Numbered from the stretch's first letter, positions 1 to 9,760 are shown. The stretch: DNA of 64,000 nucleotides from an uncultured Actinomycetota bacterium (GCA_963733175.1 CAVTCL010000013.1:441-64440), one strand, 5' to 3'. Numbers and translations: made by a program. Notes: a model not told the origin generated them from the sequence alone.

Positions 1-208
1 CGAGGTGGTCACCGACTACCTCGAGGGCGAGCTGGCGCCCGACGACCGGCGCGCGTTCGAGCGGCACCTGGCCGCCTGCGAGGGCTGCCAGGCCTACCTG
101 GAGCAGCTGCGGACCGTCATCCGCATGGCCGGCCGGCCGACGGTGGCCGCGGTCCCCCCGGAGACGATGGCCGGGCTCCTGCGGGCGTTCCGGGACTGGC
201 GCCGCTGA
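1..208 (+). CDS. zf-HC2 (ZAS-type) anti-sigma factor, 5' end cut by window edge
   Basis: ORF track 5..208. The sequence DYLEGEL...HLAACEGC gives the H-x3-C-x2-C zinc motif of anti-sigma factors. The frame is open back to base 2, so the N-terminus lies upstream of the window. Confidence 0.7.
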   Translation, partial: EVVTDYLEGELAPDDRRAFERHLAACEGCQAYLEQLRTVIRMAGRPTVAAVPPETMAGLLRAFRDWRR

Positions 209-224
209 CCGGGGCGGCCGGCCG

Positions 225-1331
225 TCAGACGGGGGCGCGGGCGGCCGAGCGGCCCAGCAGCAGGGTCGCGGCCAGGCAGGCCAGCGCCACCACCAGCACG
301 GTGGTCGGGATCACGGCCGGCGAGCTGGCGTCGACCAGCCGGCCGATCACCACCGGCAGCACCACCCCGCCGAGGTTGGCGGCCGCGAACACCATGGCCG
401 TCGACCCCCGCGCCCCCGGCGCCGCCTGGGCCAGCCAGGCCAGCGCGGTCGGGAACACCGGCCCAAGGGCCAGGCCGGTCAGGGTGTAGGCGGCGGGGGC
501 GAGCGCCGGGAGGTGGGCCAGGCCCAGCCCGACGGCGGCCAGGGCCAGGGAGCCGGCGGCCAGCACGGGCGCGGACACCCGCAGGGCCAGCGGGATGGCC
601 AGCAGCCGGCCGGCGGTGATGGCCGCCCAGTAGCCGGCCGTCCAGCTGGCCGCCGCGGCCGCGCCGGCGCCGCCGGCCCGCAGGCTGGTCGCCTCCCAGC
701 CGCCGATCCCGCTCTCCACCCCCACGTACAGCGCGGACAGGGCCACGAACCCGCCGACCACCCCGAGGGCCGGCCGTTCCTGGCGCGGGGCCGGGACCCG
801 GGGCGTCCTCGGCAGGTCCCGGGCGAGGGCCAGGGACACCACGGCCATCAGGGCGCCGGCGCAGAACGGCGCCCGGTAGCCGCCGCTGGCGGCCACGGCC
901 AGCGGGCCCAGGATCGCCCCGGCACCGAAGCAGGCCCCGAGCAGGTTGAGCATGGCCGTGGCCCGCTGGCCGAACGCCTCGGCGAACAGCACGTTGATCT
1001 CGACCACCACCACCCCGAACCCGACCCCGAGGCCGAACGCGGCCGCCAGCACGACCGGCCACGCCGGGGCGAACGCGATCCCGACCGCCCCGGCGACCAG
1101 CAGGACGACGGCGACCAGGAGCCAGGTCCGGGGGGCCAGGCGCCGCTCCAGCCCCCACCAGGCGATCCCGGCCATCGCCCCGGCGAAGTGGGCGCTGAGC
1201 ACCAGCGCCGACCCGGCGCCGCCCACCCCGTAGGCCGCCCGCAGCTCCGGGATGGCCGGCCCGTACAGCGACAGCAGCAGCCCGACGGCCGCCGCCAGCA
1301 CCAGCACCCCGACCGTGCTGGCCCGGCTCAC
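225..1331 (-). CDS. MFS transporter
   Basis: Uninterrupted 368-aa ORF, G/A/L-rich with about 12 hydrophobic segments. Its start lies 4 nt downstream of the marR-type gene stop on the same strand. Confidence 0.7.
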   Translation of the reverse strand: MSRASTVGVLVLAAAVGLLLSLYGPAIPELRAAYGVGGAGSALVLSAHFAGAMAGIAWWGLERRLAPRTWLLVAVVLLVAGAVGIAFAPAWPVVLAAAFGLGVGFGVVVVEINVLFAEAFGQRATAMLNLLGACFGAGAILGPLAVAASGGYRAPFCAGALMAVVSLALARDLPRTPRVPAPRQERPALGVVGGFVALSALYVGVESGIGGWEATSLRAGGAGAAAAASWTAGYWAAITAGRLLAIPLALRVSAPVLAAGSLALAAVGLGLAHLPALAPAAYTLTGLALGPVFPTALAWLAQAAPGARGSTAMVFAAANLGGVVLPVVIGRLVDASSPAVIPTTVLVVALACLAATLLLGRSAARAPV

Positions 1332-1335
1332 CGGC

Positions 1336-1755
1336 TCACCGGTCCGGGTCGGCGGTGAGCCGGGCGGTGGCCGCCTGCTGGCGGCGGGCGACCTCGTTGA
1401 GGAAGTGGAGGATCAGCTCGAGCTGCTGGTCGGTGTAGCCGGCGTACAGCTCCTCCAGCGAACCCACCCAGTCGGCGAACAGCGGCGCCATGCCGGCGTA
1501 GACGCGCTCGGCGTCGATCTCGACCAGGATGCTGCGCCGGTCGCTGGGATGGGCGATGCGCCTGGCAAAGCCCTTGCGCTCCAGCCGGTTGACCAGCCCG
1601 GTCACCGACGCCGGGGCCAGCCCGGAGCGCTTGGCCAGCTCGCCGGCGGTCAGCGGCCCGAAGCGCTCCAGCAGGTCGAGCGCCTTCTCCTCGGTGGCGC
1701 TGAGGCCCTGCCGCTCGGCCACGGTGGCGTGGAACATCACCGTGGCCGCGCTCAT
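1336..1755 (-). CDS. MarR family transcriptional regulator
   Basis: 139 aa counted from the first ATG (1755). Winged-HTH signature LTAGELAKRSGLAPASVTGLVNRLERKGFARR...DRRS. The upstream part of the 349-aa track ORF has no canonical start and looks non-coding. Confidence 0.85.
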   Translation of the reverse strand: MSAATVMFHATVAERQGLSATEEKALDLLERFGPLTAGELAKRSGLAPASVTGLVNRLERKGFARRIAHPSDRRSILVEIDAERVYAGMAPLFADWVGSLEELYAGYTDQQLELILHFLNEVARRQQAATARLTADPDR

Positions 1756-1861
1756 GGCCCGCCCGGCCAGCGCCAGCTCCTCCAGCAGCTCGGCCCGCCG
1801 GCCGGTCCGGCCCGCGCGTCCTGGCGACCTCGGGGGCTTGTCATACCCGGAAGTGTACCCT

Positions 1862-1887
1862 ATATTTAGTTCGTCCGAACGAAATAT
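1862..1887. promoter_or_regulatory. Near-perfect inverted repeat in the AT-rich marR / monooxygenase divergent region (candidate MarR operator)
   Basis: ATATTTAGTTCG-tc-CGAACGAAATAT, with 11 of 12 arm positions complementary. It lies in the only AT-rich stretch between the divergent starts at 1755 and 1906. Confidence 0.55.
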
Positions 1888-1905
1888 CTGGAGAGGAAGC
1901 AGCAG

Positions 1906-3115
1906 ATGGTCAAGGCACTGATCGCCGGGGGCGGCGTCGCCGGCCCGGTCACCGCGATGGCGCTGCAGCGCGCCGGCATCGACGCGGTCGTCTACGAGGC
2001 CCACGTCCCCGGCGGCGGCGACGCCGGGTCCTACCTCACCGTGGCCAGCAACGGCCTCGACGCCCTGCGGGCCGTCGACGCCGACAAGCCGGTGCTGGCC
2101 GCCGGCTTCCCGACCCCGACCAACGTGCTGCTGAGCGGCACCGGCCGGCGGCTGGGGGCCGTCAGCAACGGCGGCCGGCTGGCCGACGGGACCGTCAGCC
2201 ACACCATCAAGCGGGCCCGGCTGTACGGGGCGCTGCACGACGAGGCGGCCGGCCGCGGCGTCCGCATCGAGTACGGCAAGCGGCTCGTCGGCGCCGAGGT
2301 CACCGCCGCCGGCGGCGTGGTCGCCGGCTTCGACGACGGCACCGAGGCGGCCGGGGACCTGCTCGTCGGCGCCGACGGGGTCCACTCGGTCGATCCGCCG
2401 GCTGCTCGACCCCGCCGCCCCCGCTCGCCGCTACGTCGGCCTGGCCAACTTCGGCGGCTACACCCCCGGCGGCGCCGGCAGCGGCGAGCCGGGCGCCTGG
2501 CAGATGATCTTCGGCCGGCGGGCGTTCTTCGGCTACGTCGACGACCCTGACGGCGGGGCGGTCTGGTTCGCCAACGTCCCCCGCCCCGCGGTCACCCCGG
2601 CCGAGCGGGCGGCCACCACCCCCGAGCAGTGGCAGCGCCAGCTCGTGGAGCTGTTCGCCGGCGACCACGGCCCGGCCAGCGGCCTGATCGCCGACGGCTT
2701 CCTGGAGCTGGCCGGCGACAGCACCCACGACCTGCCGTCGGTGCCGACCTGGCGCCGCGGCCCGATGGTGATCGTCGGCGACGCCGCCCACGCCCCCTCG
2801 CCCACCTCGGGCCAGGGCGCCTCCATGGCCGCCGAGGACGCGGTCGTGCTCGCCCAGTGCCTCCGCGACCTCCCCACCATCGGGGACGCCCTGGCCGCCT
2901 ACGAGGGCCTGCGCCGCCGGCGGGTCGAGCGCATCGTCGCCCAGGGCGCCCGCACGGGCCGGTCCAAGACCCCCGGCCCGGTCGGCCGGGTCCTCCGCGA
3001 CCTGGCCCTGCCCCTGGTGTTCAAGCTCCTCGTCACCGAGAAGTCCCAGGCCTGGATCTACGACCACCACATCGACTGGGACACCCCCGTCGGCGCCGGG
3101 GCCCGGTCAGCCTGA
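1906..3115 (+). pseudogene. FAD-dependent monooxygenase (frameshifted as assembled)
   Basis: N-terminal GxGxxG (IAGGGVAGP) and GADGVHS in frame 1 (1906..2390). The gene continues as IRRLLDP...VIVGDAAHAPSPTSGQGASMAAEDA in frame 2 to 3115. One extra base lies near 2389-2392, next to a GATC. Confidence 0.8.
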
Positions 3116-4474
3116 CCCCGGGGCGGGGTGGTCGGCCAGGACCTCGGAGGGGTCGAACCCGAGCAGGCGCAGGGCGGTGGCGGCCTCGGCGGCCACCGCC
3201 TCGGCGTCGGCGGGCTGGGCGGTGGCGCGGCGGGCGTCGTCGAGGACCAGGCGGATGGTGCGGACGCAGGCGTGGCGGCGGTCCTCGGTGGCCGAGCTGG
3301 TGCCGACGTCGCGCAGCAGGACGATCAGGGCCCGGGTCACGGCTGGCTCGGCGGCCCCGAAGCGGCGGATCTGGGCCGTGCCCAGGCGCAGGTAGTCGGC
3401 GAACTTGGGGCGGGGGACGGCCACCCGCAGCTCCCCCTGGTCGTCGTGGACCGTCCAGTCGCCAAGGCGCAGGCGGGCAAGGCTGCACAGCAGCACCGAC
3501 AGGTGGTGGACCGCCTGGACGCCGGTGTAGGGGTCGTTGATGGCCGGCGACAGCGCCTTGTTGGCGATGTCGACCAGGCGGCGGATGCCGAAGCCGACGT
3601 CCTGGACCATGGTCCGCTCGAACCCGACCAGGACGCCGTGGGCCACCGCCTCGGCCAGGGCCTCGGCCCCGGGCGGCGGCTGGCCGGCCGACCGGCGCCA
3701 GGCCCAGGCGATCGGCGTCCCGGCGACGATGTGGTCGCCGACCTGCCTGGCCAGCACGACCACCAGGTCGTGCTGGACGGCCACCCTGGCCAGCGGCCGG
3801 GGGTCGACGGCCTGGACGTAGCCGGAGCGGGGCGACGGCAGGCCGACCGCCTCCATGGGCGGCTCGGGGCAGCGGTCCTCCGGCTCCCGGTAGCGGGGCT
3901 GGTCGGGGTAGACGTCGTCGATCACCGACCGGGCCTCGCGCTCGACCTGGCTCATGATGGTGTCGATCTGGATCGAGTGGGCCAGATGGTGGATGAAGTA
4001 GATCAGCACCCCGACGCTGGCCAGGGCCAGGGCCAGCGACCCCGACACGGCCAGCCGGGGGACGAACGCCTCCTGGCCCGAGCCCTGGATCCCGACGGTG
4101 TACAGCCCGGCCGTCGAGTAGGCGAAGGCGCCCACGAAGATGCTGAGCACGAGCTGGGTGCCCCGGTCGCGCATGAAGTTGCGCAGCAGCCGCGGCGAGT
4201 ACTGGCCGGAGGCGATCTGCAGGGCGACGATGGTGAGGGCGAACACCAGGCCCGTGACCGTGATCATGGTCGAGGACACCACGATCAGCAGCGAGCGGGC
4301 GTCCTCGGCGGTGCCCTGGAAGGCCAGGCGCGCCATGGGCCCGTCGCCGTCGACCTCGACCCGCGACAGGGCCGCCCCGGCCAGCAGGAACACCACCACC
4401 GAGAGCGTGGGCAGCACCCACAGGGCGCCGGCCAGGTAGTCCAGGATCACCCGGCGCCGACCGATCAGGCTCAC
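3107..4474 (-). CDS. DUF2254 domain-containing membrane protein
   Basis: 455 aa from GTG 4474 (VSLIGRRRV...). Contains the ALQIASGQYSPRLLRNFMRDR motif and an N-terminal TM segment. The rest of the 1270-aa track ORF is off-frame read-through. Confidence 0.75.
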   Translation of the reverse strand: MSLIGRRRVILDYLAGALWVLPTLSVVVFLLAGAALSRVEVDGDGPMARLAFQGTAEDARSLLIVVSSTMITVTGLVFALTIVALQIASGQYSPRLLRNFMRDRGTQLVLSIFVGAFAYSTAGLYTVGIQGSGQEAFVPRLAVSGSLALALASVGVLIYFIHHLAHSIQIDTIMSQVEREARSVIDDVYPDQPRYREPEDRCPEPPMEAVGLPSPRSGYVQAVDPRPLARVAVQHDLVVVLARQVGDHIVAGTPIAWAWRRSAGQPPPGAEALAEAVAHGVLVGFERTMVQDVGFGIRRLVDIANKALSPAINDPYTGVQAVHHLSVLLCSLARLRLGDWTVHDDQGELRVAVPRPKFADYLRLGTAQIRRFGAAEPAVTRALIVLLRDVGTSSATEDRRHACVRTIRLVLDDARRATAQPADAEAVAAEAATALRLLGFDPSEVLADHPAPGSG

Positions 4475-4482
4475 GCTGGCGC

Positions 4483-5223
4483 CTACCGCCGCGGCCTGGT
4501 GGCGACCAGCAGCTCGTAGCTGCCCGGCTCCAGCTGCGTGTGCTCCACCGGGACCGCCCTGGCCTCGAAGCCGGCCTCCTCCAGCAGCGCCAGCCAGGTG
4601 GCCCGGGGGAACAGCCCCTCGAGGTGGCGGTCGTGCTCGACCCGGACCGAGCCGTCGGCGTCGCGCAGCAGGTAGGCGTAGTCGACGGTGTAGGTGGTGT
4701 CGAGCGGGTCGGGGTCCCAGGTCCAGGCCAGGAACCGGGCGCCCCGCCCGTCGCCGTCGTGGCCGCCGTAGTCGGTGCCGGTGCGGAAGTGCTCGCGCAG
4801 GTGGTCGGGGGCGAACAGGGCCGCCCCGCCCGGACGGCAGTGGACGAAGGCCGTCGCGATGGCCTGCCGGAGGTCCTCGGGGGTGGTCATGTACATGACC
4901 GCGTCGTGGACGAACACGGCGTCGAACTCCCGGCCCAGCCGGACCGTGCGCATGTCCCCAAGGACGTGCTCGCACCCGGGGTTGGCCTCCCGGCTGACCT
5001 CGAGCATGCCGGCCGACAGGTCGACCAGGGTGAGCTCGAAGTGGACCTTGAGGTGGGAGGCGTTGTTGCCCCCGCCCGAGCCGAGCTCGAGCACCGTCAC
5101 CGGCGGCCGGTCGCCGGCCTCCACCAGCAGCCGCCGGTAGATCTCGGCCTCCTCGGCGTACTCCGACGGCGCCGACAGCAACGGCCACCACGGCGCCAGG
5201 TCGCGGTACATGCGCGGCTCCAT
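4483..5223 (-). CDS. Class I SAM-dependent methyltransferase
   Basis: 246-aa ORF with SAM-binding motif VLELGSGGG. There is an 8-nt gap to the downstream DUF2254 gene. Confidence 0.8.
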   Translation of the reverse strand: MEPRMYRDLAPWWPLLSAPSEYAEEAEIYRRLLVEAGDRPPVTVLELGSGGGNNASHLKVHFELTLVDLSAGMLEVSREANPGCEHVLGDMRTVRLGREFDAVFVHDAVMYMTTPEDLRQAIATAFVHCRPGGAALFAPDHLREHFRTGTDYGGHDGDGRGARFLAWTWDPDPLDTTYTVDYAYLLRDADGSVRVEHDRHLEGLFPRATWLALLEEAGFEARAVPVEHTQLEPGSYELLVATRPRR

Positions 5224-5232
5224 GGCCGGAGT

Positions 5233-6486
5233 CTAGCGAAGGCGCCAGACCTGCTCGCCGTCGACCTGGTCGGGGGTGGGGTGGAGGCCGGCCCGGGCGG
5301 CGACCAGGGCCGAGGCGGTGTGGTCGGGGTGGACGTGGGCGACGATCTCGCGCGCGCCGCGGCGGGTGAGCCAGGCGACCAGCGCCCGCGCCGCCTCGGT
5401 GGCGTAGCCCTTGCCCTGGTGGGGGACGCCGATGACCCAGGCGATGTCGGCGGTCCAGCCGCCGGGGTCGCGGATCATGGTGGCCTGCACGGTGCCGACC
5501 GGTTGCCCGTCGTCGCGGCGCCGGACGATCCAGTTGCGCCACACCTCCCCGGGGCGTCCCGAGCCCGAGGCCAGCGCGGCATAGCGGGCGCGCAGCTCGT
5601 CGAGGGTGGCCGGACGGCCGCCGATGAACCGGTGCAGGGCTGGGTCGGCGAGCACCTCGGCCATCTCGTCGGCGTCTTCGGGGGCCAGCGGGGCCAGCAG
5701 CAGCCGCCCGGTGGAGATGGCCTCGGTGTCCAGCCAGGCCAGCGCCCCCTCGACCAGGCCAGCGACCCGGTCCTGGAAGGCGTGGACGCGGGCCGGGTCG
5801 AGGGGCCGGGAGCGGTCGCCGTGGCGGAGGGCCAGCGCCCCCGAGACCGTGGCCGGGTCGTCGGTGCGGGCCAGGGCCCAGGCCCCGGCGTCGTCCTTGG
5901 AGGACCACACGCCCTCGGAGGCGAAGCGCCAGCCCCGGCTGGCGTTGAGCACCGCCTGCTGGAGGGCCCCCTCGTTGGCGTCGTGCCAGGCCAGGGAGTC
6001 GCGCACCGCCTCGAGGAGCCACCGGCGGGGGATCGGGCCGACCAGGTCGCGGGGTGGGGGGCCGGTCAGGGTGCGGCCGTGGTCGCGGAGGATGGAGAGG
6101 TCGAGCAGGAACCAGTGGGCGGGCTCGGACGCCGGGTCGAGCGACGCGCGGTAGGGCATGCGCGGGCCGACGTTGAGGTTGAGCGCGAACCGTGGGCTCC
6201 GGGCCGGGGCGGCGACCGCGGCCCGGCTGTAGAGCACGAGCTCCAGGCCCCGCAGCGGCCAGGTCATGGCCAGCTCGCCCAGGCCGGCGACGACGGCCCG
6301 GGTACGCTCGGACGGCGGGTCGGTGGCGCACACGGCGACGACGTCGACGTCGCTCTGGCCGGGCGCGACCCCGCCGAGCGCCCCCGAGCCGATCAGGTAG
6401 GCGGCCACCAGGTCGTCGCCGAGCAGGCGGCGCAGCCGGCCGGCCGCGGCCCGGCCGCAGTCCTCGACCAGCTCGCCCGGGCCCAT
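5233..6486 (-). CDS. Fusion protein: nucleotidyltransferase (AadA-like, DUF4111-type) N-terminal half plus GNAT N-acetyltransferase C-terminal half
   Basis: Starts MGPGELV at 6486 and overlaps the upstream stop by 1 nt (TGATG). NTase motif LIGSGALGG...QSDVDVVAV. The C-terminal approx 170 aa are RimJ/RimL-like GNAT (WVIGVPHQGKGYATEAARALVAW). Confidence 0.7.
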   Translation of the reverse strand: MGPGELVEDCGRAAAGRLRRLLGDDLVAAYLIGSGALGGVAPGQSDVDVVAVCATDPPSERTRAVVAGLGELAMTWPLRGLELVLYSRAAVAAPARSPRFALNLNVGPRMPYRASLDPASEPAHWFLLDLSILRDHGRTLTGPPPRDLVGPIPRRWLLEAVRDSLAWHDANEGALQQAVLNASRGWRFASEGVWSSKDDAGAWALARTDDPATVSGALALRHGDRSRPLDPARVHAFQDRVAGLVEGALAWLDTEAISTGRLLLAPLAPEDADEMAEVLADPALHRFIGGRPATLDELRARYAALASGSGRPGEVWRNWIVRRRDDGQPVGTVQATMIRDPGGWTADIAWVIGVPHQGKGYATEAARALVAWLTRRGAREIVAHVHPDHTASALVAARAGLHPTPDQVDGEQVWRLR

Positions 6487-7037
6487 CAGCGGGCGGGCGA
6501 CAGCTCGGCGGCGCCGAAGGCGTAGGTGAAGCGGCGGCACCAGATGACCACGCTGCGGTAGCGGTCGAGGCGGGCCCCGGCGTCGATCTCGTAGTTCTGG
6601 TTGCCCTGGTTGGCCTTGAGGCGGCCGAGGCTGAGGAACTCGTCGTCGAAGGCGTCGCGGGGGCCGTCGGCGGCGGTGGTCGACAGGTAGACGAACAGGT
6701 CCGGCCCGTTGCTGGTCTGGAGGTCGTCGAGGCGCAGGAACCGCCGCCCGCCGTCCACCTCGAGCACGGCCGCCCGCCCCGAGGTGGTGTGCCCGAGGGA
6801 CCGGAACCGCCCCGCGGCCACGGTGACGGGCCCGCTCGGGGCGGCGCGGGTCGCGGCCGTGCCCTCCCCGCCGGTGGTGGCCGGCCCGGCCGCCGGGGCG
6901 CCGGGCAGCGCCTCGTCAACCCGCTGGTCGATCACCAGCTTCTGCGGCTGGAACCAGACCACGGCCCCGGCGGCGGCCAGCACCAGGACCACCAGCCCGA
7001 GCACGACCAGCCTGGTGCGCCTCCGGCCTGCCCCCAC
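6486..7037 (-). CDS. DM13 domain-containing protein with N-terminal TM / signal anchor
   Basis: 183-aa ORF with an N-terminal hydrophobic helix. The DM13-like core reads GRFRSLGHTTSGRAAVLEV...LRLDDLQTSNGPDLFVYL. Confidence 0.65.
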   Translation of the reverse strand: MGAGRRRTRLVVLGLVVLVLAAAGAVVWFQPQKLVIDQRVDEALPGAPAAGPATTGGEGTAATRAAPSGPVTVAAGRFRSLGHTTSGRAAVLEVDGGRRFLRLDDLQTSNGPDLFVYLSTTAADGPRDAFDDEFLSLGRLKANQGNQNYEIDAGARLDRYRSVVIWCRRFTYAFGAAELSPAR

Positions 7038-7151
7038 GGTCCACGCTCCCTGCTGACGGCGTCCCCGGTCCCATTGTCCCCGGCCGGTGGGGGTTCGTTA
7101 CGACGCAACAGCCCGGGCTGCGGGGTCGCACCCTCGGGGTACGCTGCCTCG

Positions 7152-8126
7152 ATGACCCTGCATGTGACCAACGGCGACATCGTCGTGGACCTGCTGCGCC
7201 GGGCCGGGCTGGCCGGTGACGCCCTCGCCTGGGCCGACGTGCTGCACGAGGGGCCGGTGCCGGGCGGGCTCGACGACGCCGGCCTGCGGCGGGTGCGGGC
7301 CGAGTTCATCGCCGGCGCCGACGGCATCGACCCCGCCGAGGTGGCGGGCCGGTTCGAGGAGCGGGACCGGGCGCTGGCCGCCAACCGTGGTGGCGAGTAC
7401 GTGCTCTGGTTCGAGGCCGACCTGTACGACCAGCTCCAGATCGCCCAGATCCTGGCCGCGCTGGACGCCCTCGGGGTGGCCCCTGGCCGGGTCACCCTGA
7501 TCTGCATCGGCGAGTACCCCGGCATCGCCCACTTCGGCGGGCTGGGCGAGCTCGAGCCCGGCCAGCTCCCCGGCCTGCTCGACGTCGCCACCACGCTGAC
7601 CGCCGCCGCCCTCGGCCTTGGCGCCGCCGCCTGGGCGGCGCTGCGGGCCGCCGACCCTTCCGGGCTGGGCACGGTCGCGGCCAGCCGCTCGCGGGAGCTG
7701 CGCTTCCTGGGCGAGGCCTTCGACCGGCTCAGCCGCGAGTACCCCTCGACCCGGGACGGCCTTTCGCTGACCGAGCGCCGCATCCTGGCCGCGACGCCCG
7801 CCGACGGGGCCCCCGCCGGGACGGTGTTCGCCCGGCTGGGGGAGCGGGAGGCGCGACCGTATCTCGGCGACCTGTTCTTCTTCCGGATCGTCGCCCGCCT
7901 GGCCCGGGCCCGGGTCCCGCTGCTCGCCCTCGACCCGCCCGGGGAGGTGACCGCCGGCACCGGCCTGCGCCCGACCGCGGCCGGCCGGCGGGTGCTGGGG
8001 GGCGAGGCCGACCACGTGGCCCTCAACGGCATCGACCGCTGGGTCGGCGGCGTCCACCTGCACGGTGACCACGCCCGCTGGCGCTGGGACGAGGGCACCG
8101 AGTCGATCACCGGCCCGCCGGCCTGA
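7152..8126 (+). CDS. DUF1835 domain-containing protein
   Basis: ATG at 7152 (MTLHVTNGDIVVDLLRRAG...LHEGPVP), matching the DUF1835-type N-terminus. The upstream part of track ORF 6192..8126 is off-frame read-through. Confidence 0.6.
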   Translation: MTLHVTNGDIVVDLLRRAGLAGDALAWADVLHEGPVPGGLDDAGLRRVRAEFIAGADGIDPAEVAGRFEERDRALAANRGGEYVLWFEADLYDQLQIAQILAALDALGVAPGRVTLICIGEYPGIAHFGGLGELEPGQLPGLLDVATTLTAAALGLGAAAWAALRAADPSGLGTVAASRSRELRFLGEAFDRLSREYPSTRDGLSLTERRILAATPADGAPAGTVFARLGEREARPYLGDLFFFRIVARLARARVPLLALDPPGEVTAGTGLRPTAAGRRVLGGEADHVALNGIDRWVGGVHLHGDHARWRWDEGTESITGPPA

Positions 8127-8165
8127 CCGACCGGCCGTCTCGGCGGGCGATTTCACCCTACCCGG

Positions 8166-8663
8166 GTGATGCGCGCCCGGGCGCCGGCCGTCAGGCTGCC
8201 CTGCGTGACTGCAACAATCTCGCCGAGCTGGCCCGCCAGCCGGAACGAGTTCTGGTCCTGGCAGGTCAGGGGGGCCTGCCGGACGGCCGGGCCCTCCCTG
8301 TTCTACTCGCCCGAGGGCGAGCGCGGCTCCCGCAAGCGCCGCCGGGAGAGCGCCGCCAAGGCGATCTGCGCCACCTGCGACGTGGCCGCGGTCTGCGCCG
8401 CCTACGCGCTCGCCTGGCGGGAGCCGTACGGCACCTGGGGCGGGATGTCGGAGGCCGATCGCGAGGCCCGCTACCCCGAGCTCGACCCGGTCGAGGCCAG
8501 CGCCGGCTACCGCGCCGCCCTGGCCGCCTGGCACCGGCGCGCCGGGATGGCCGGCGTGCGACCCGGTCAGCCTGAGCGGGTGATGTCCAGCCTGGCCGTC
8601 TGGTGCCGGAACTCCAGCGGCACCAGCAGCAGCTCGGTGGCCGCGACCAGCCCGGGGAGGTAG
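8166..8663 (+). CDS. WhiB family transcriptional regulator (start and 3' extent uncertain)
   Basis: Four-Cys pattern C...C-x2-C-x5-C (CRTAG...CATCDVAAVC) followed by the GTWGG turn. The ORF runs about 70 aa past the usual WhiB end and overlaps the convergent channel gene. Confidence 0.75.
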   Translation: MMRARAPAVRLPCVTATISPSWPASRNEFWSWQVRGACRTAGPSLFYSPEGERGSRKRRRESAAKAICATCDVAAVCAAYALAWREPYGTWGGMSEADREARYPELDPVEASAGYRAALAAWHRRAGMAGVRPGQPERVMSSLAVWCRNSSGTSSSSVAATSPGR

Positions 8664-9670
8664 GCGGCGCGCAGCCGGCCGAAGTCGCCCCAGGCCTGCT
8701 CGTAGGGGTGCAGCGGCACCCCGTGCCCGGCCAGGCGCTGGTAGGCCTCGCGGAACGGCGCCTCGTCGGCCGGCGGGCCGTCCGGCGCGGCCGCCCTGCG
8801 CAGGATCCCGGGCATCCCCCGCATGCTCTGCAGCATCCTGGAGGCCCGCCGCCACAGCCGCGCCGCCGGCCCGGCGCGGGGGCTGTCGACCGCGGCCAGG
8901 CAGATGGTGGCGGCGTCGAGCACCACCCCGAGCGCGGTCAGCCAGTTCTGGCCCGGCTGCCGGGAGCGGAACATGGCCAGCATCGGGTAGGCGGTGTGGC
9001 TGTCGAACACCTCGTCGCACCACCGCTCCCAGTCGGCGAAGGCCGACGCCACCTCCTGGGCGCCGCCGGCGGTGTAGCAGGCCTCCAGGAACCCGATCGG
9101 CGTGGTGGCCTCGTCCGACATGTCGTCGAGGGCCAGGAGCTGGACCTCCCGCCGGCTGTAGGCGTTGTACAGGGTCGGCAGGTAGCCGATGACCAGGGCC
9201 ATGGTGACCAGCCCCATGAACGCCTCGACCAGGACCAGCAGGCGGGCCAGGCCGCCGGTGGGCACCAGGTCGCCGAAGCCGACGGTGAAGAACCCGACGC
9301 CGGCGAAGTAGACCGCGTCGAGGTAGCCGTCGACGCCGGTGACCGCCGACCGGAGCCCCCACCACACGGCGCCCCAGCCCGCGACCAGCAGCACCACCCA
9401 GGTCACCAGCAGGCCGAGCAGCGACAGCGGCCCGTAGACGGCCAGGAACCCCTCGCGCACCTCCGGCGTGGCCCGGCGCGCAGCGGCCACCCAGGCGTGC
9501 CAGGTCCGCCGGTAGAACACCTGGGTCGGCCAGTGCCGGCCGCGCCGGCGCCGGGTCGTGACCAGCGTGCTGACCGCGTCGCTGGCGCTGACGAGCACCA
9601 GCGCCAGCCCGGCGACCACGGCCAGGACCTCGACGACACCGAAGTTGTCCACAGGACAGAAGCATGGCAT
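8567..9670 (-). CDS. Potassium channel family protein (2-TM pore, TVGFGD filter) with cytoplasmic C-terminal domain
   Basis: ATG at 9670 (MPCFCPVDNFG...). Selectivity filter TVGFGD lies between two hydrophobic helices. Confidence 0.75.
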   Translation of the reverse strand: MPCFCPVDNFGVVEVLAVVAGLALVLVSASDAVSTLVTTRRRRGRHWPTQVFYRRTWHAWVAAARRATPEVREGFLAVYGPLSLLGLLVTWVVLLVAGWGAVWWGLRSAVTGVDGYLDAVYFAGVGFFTVGFGDLVPTGGLARLLVLVEAFMGLVTMALVIGYLPTLYNAYSRREVQLLALDDMSDEATTPIGFLEACYTAGGAQEVASAFADWERWCDEVFDSHTAYPMLAMFRSRQPGQNWLTALGVVLDAATICLAAVDSPRAGPAARLWRRASRMLQSMRGMPGILRRAAAPDGPPADEAPFREAYQRLAGHGVPLHPYEQAWGDFGRLRAAYLPGLVAATELLLVPLEFRHQTARLDITRSG

Positions 9671-9760
9671 GGACAGACACGGGCATGGGGCCGCCTGCGG
9701 CGGCGGCTTTCTGCATTCCGACCGCCAGGGTCGGCGGTGGGGCGGCGCTTTCGTCCGATT

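Noticed and set aside
3107-6919. 1270-aa ORF on the minus strand
   Set aside because: Only the last 455 codons (DUF2254) look like protein. The rest is R/P/G/A-rich off-frame read-through across the methyltransferase and NTase-GNAT genes, which are well supported in other frames.
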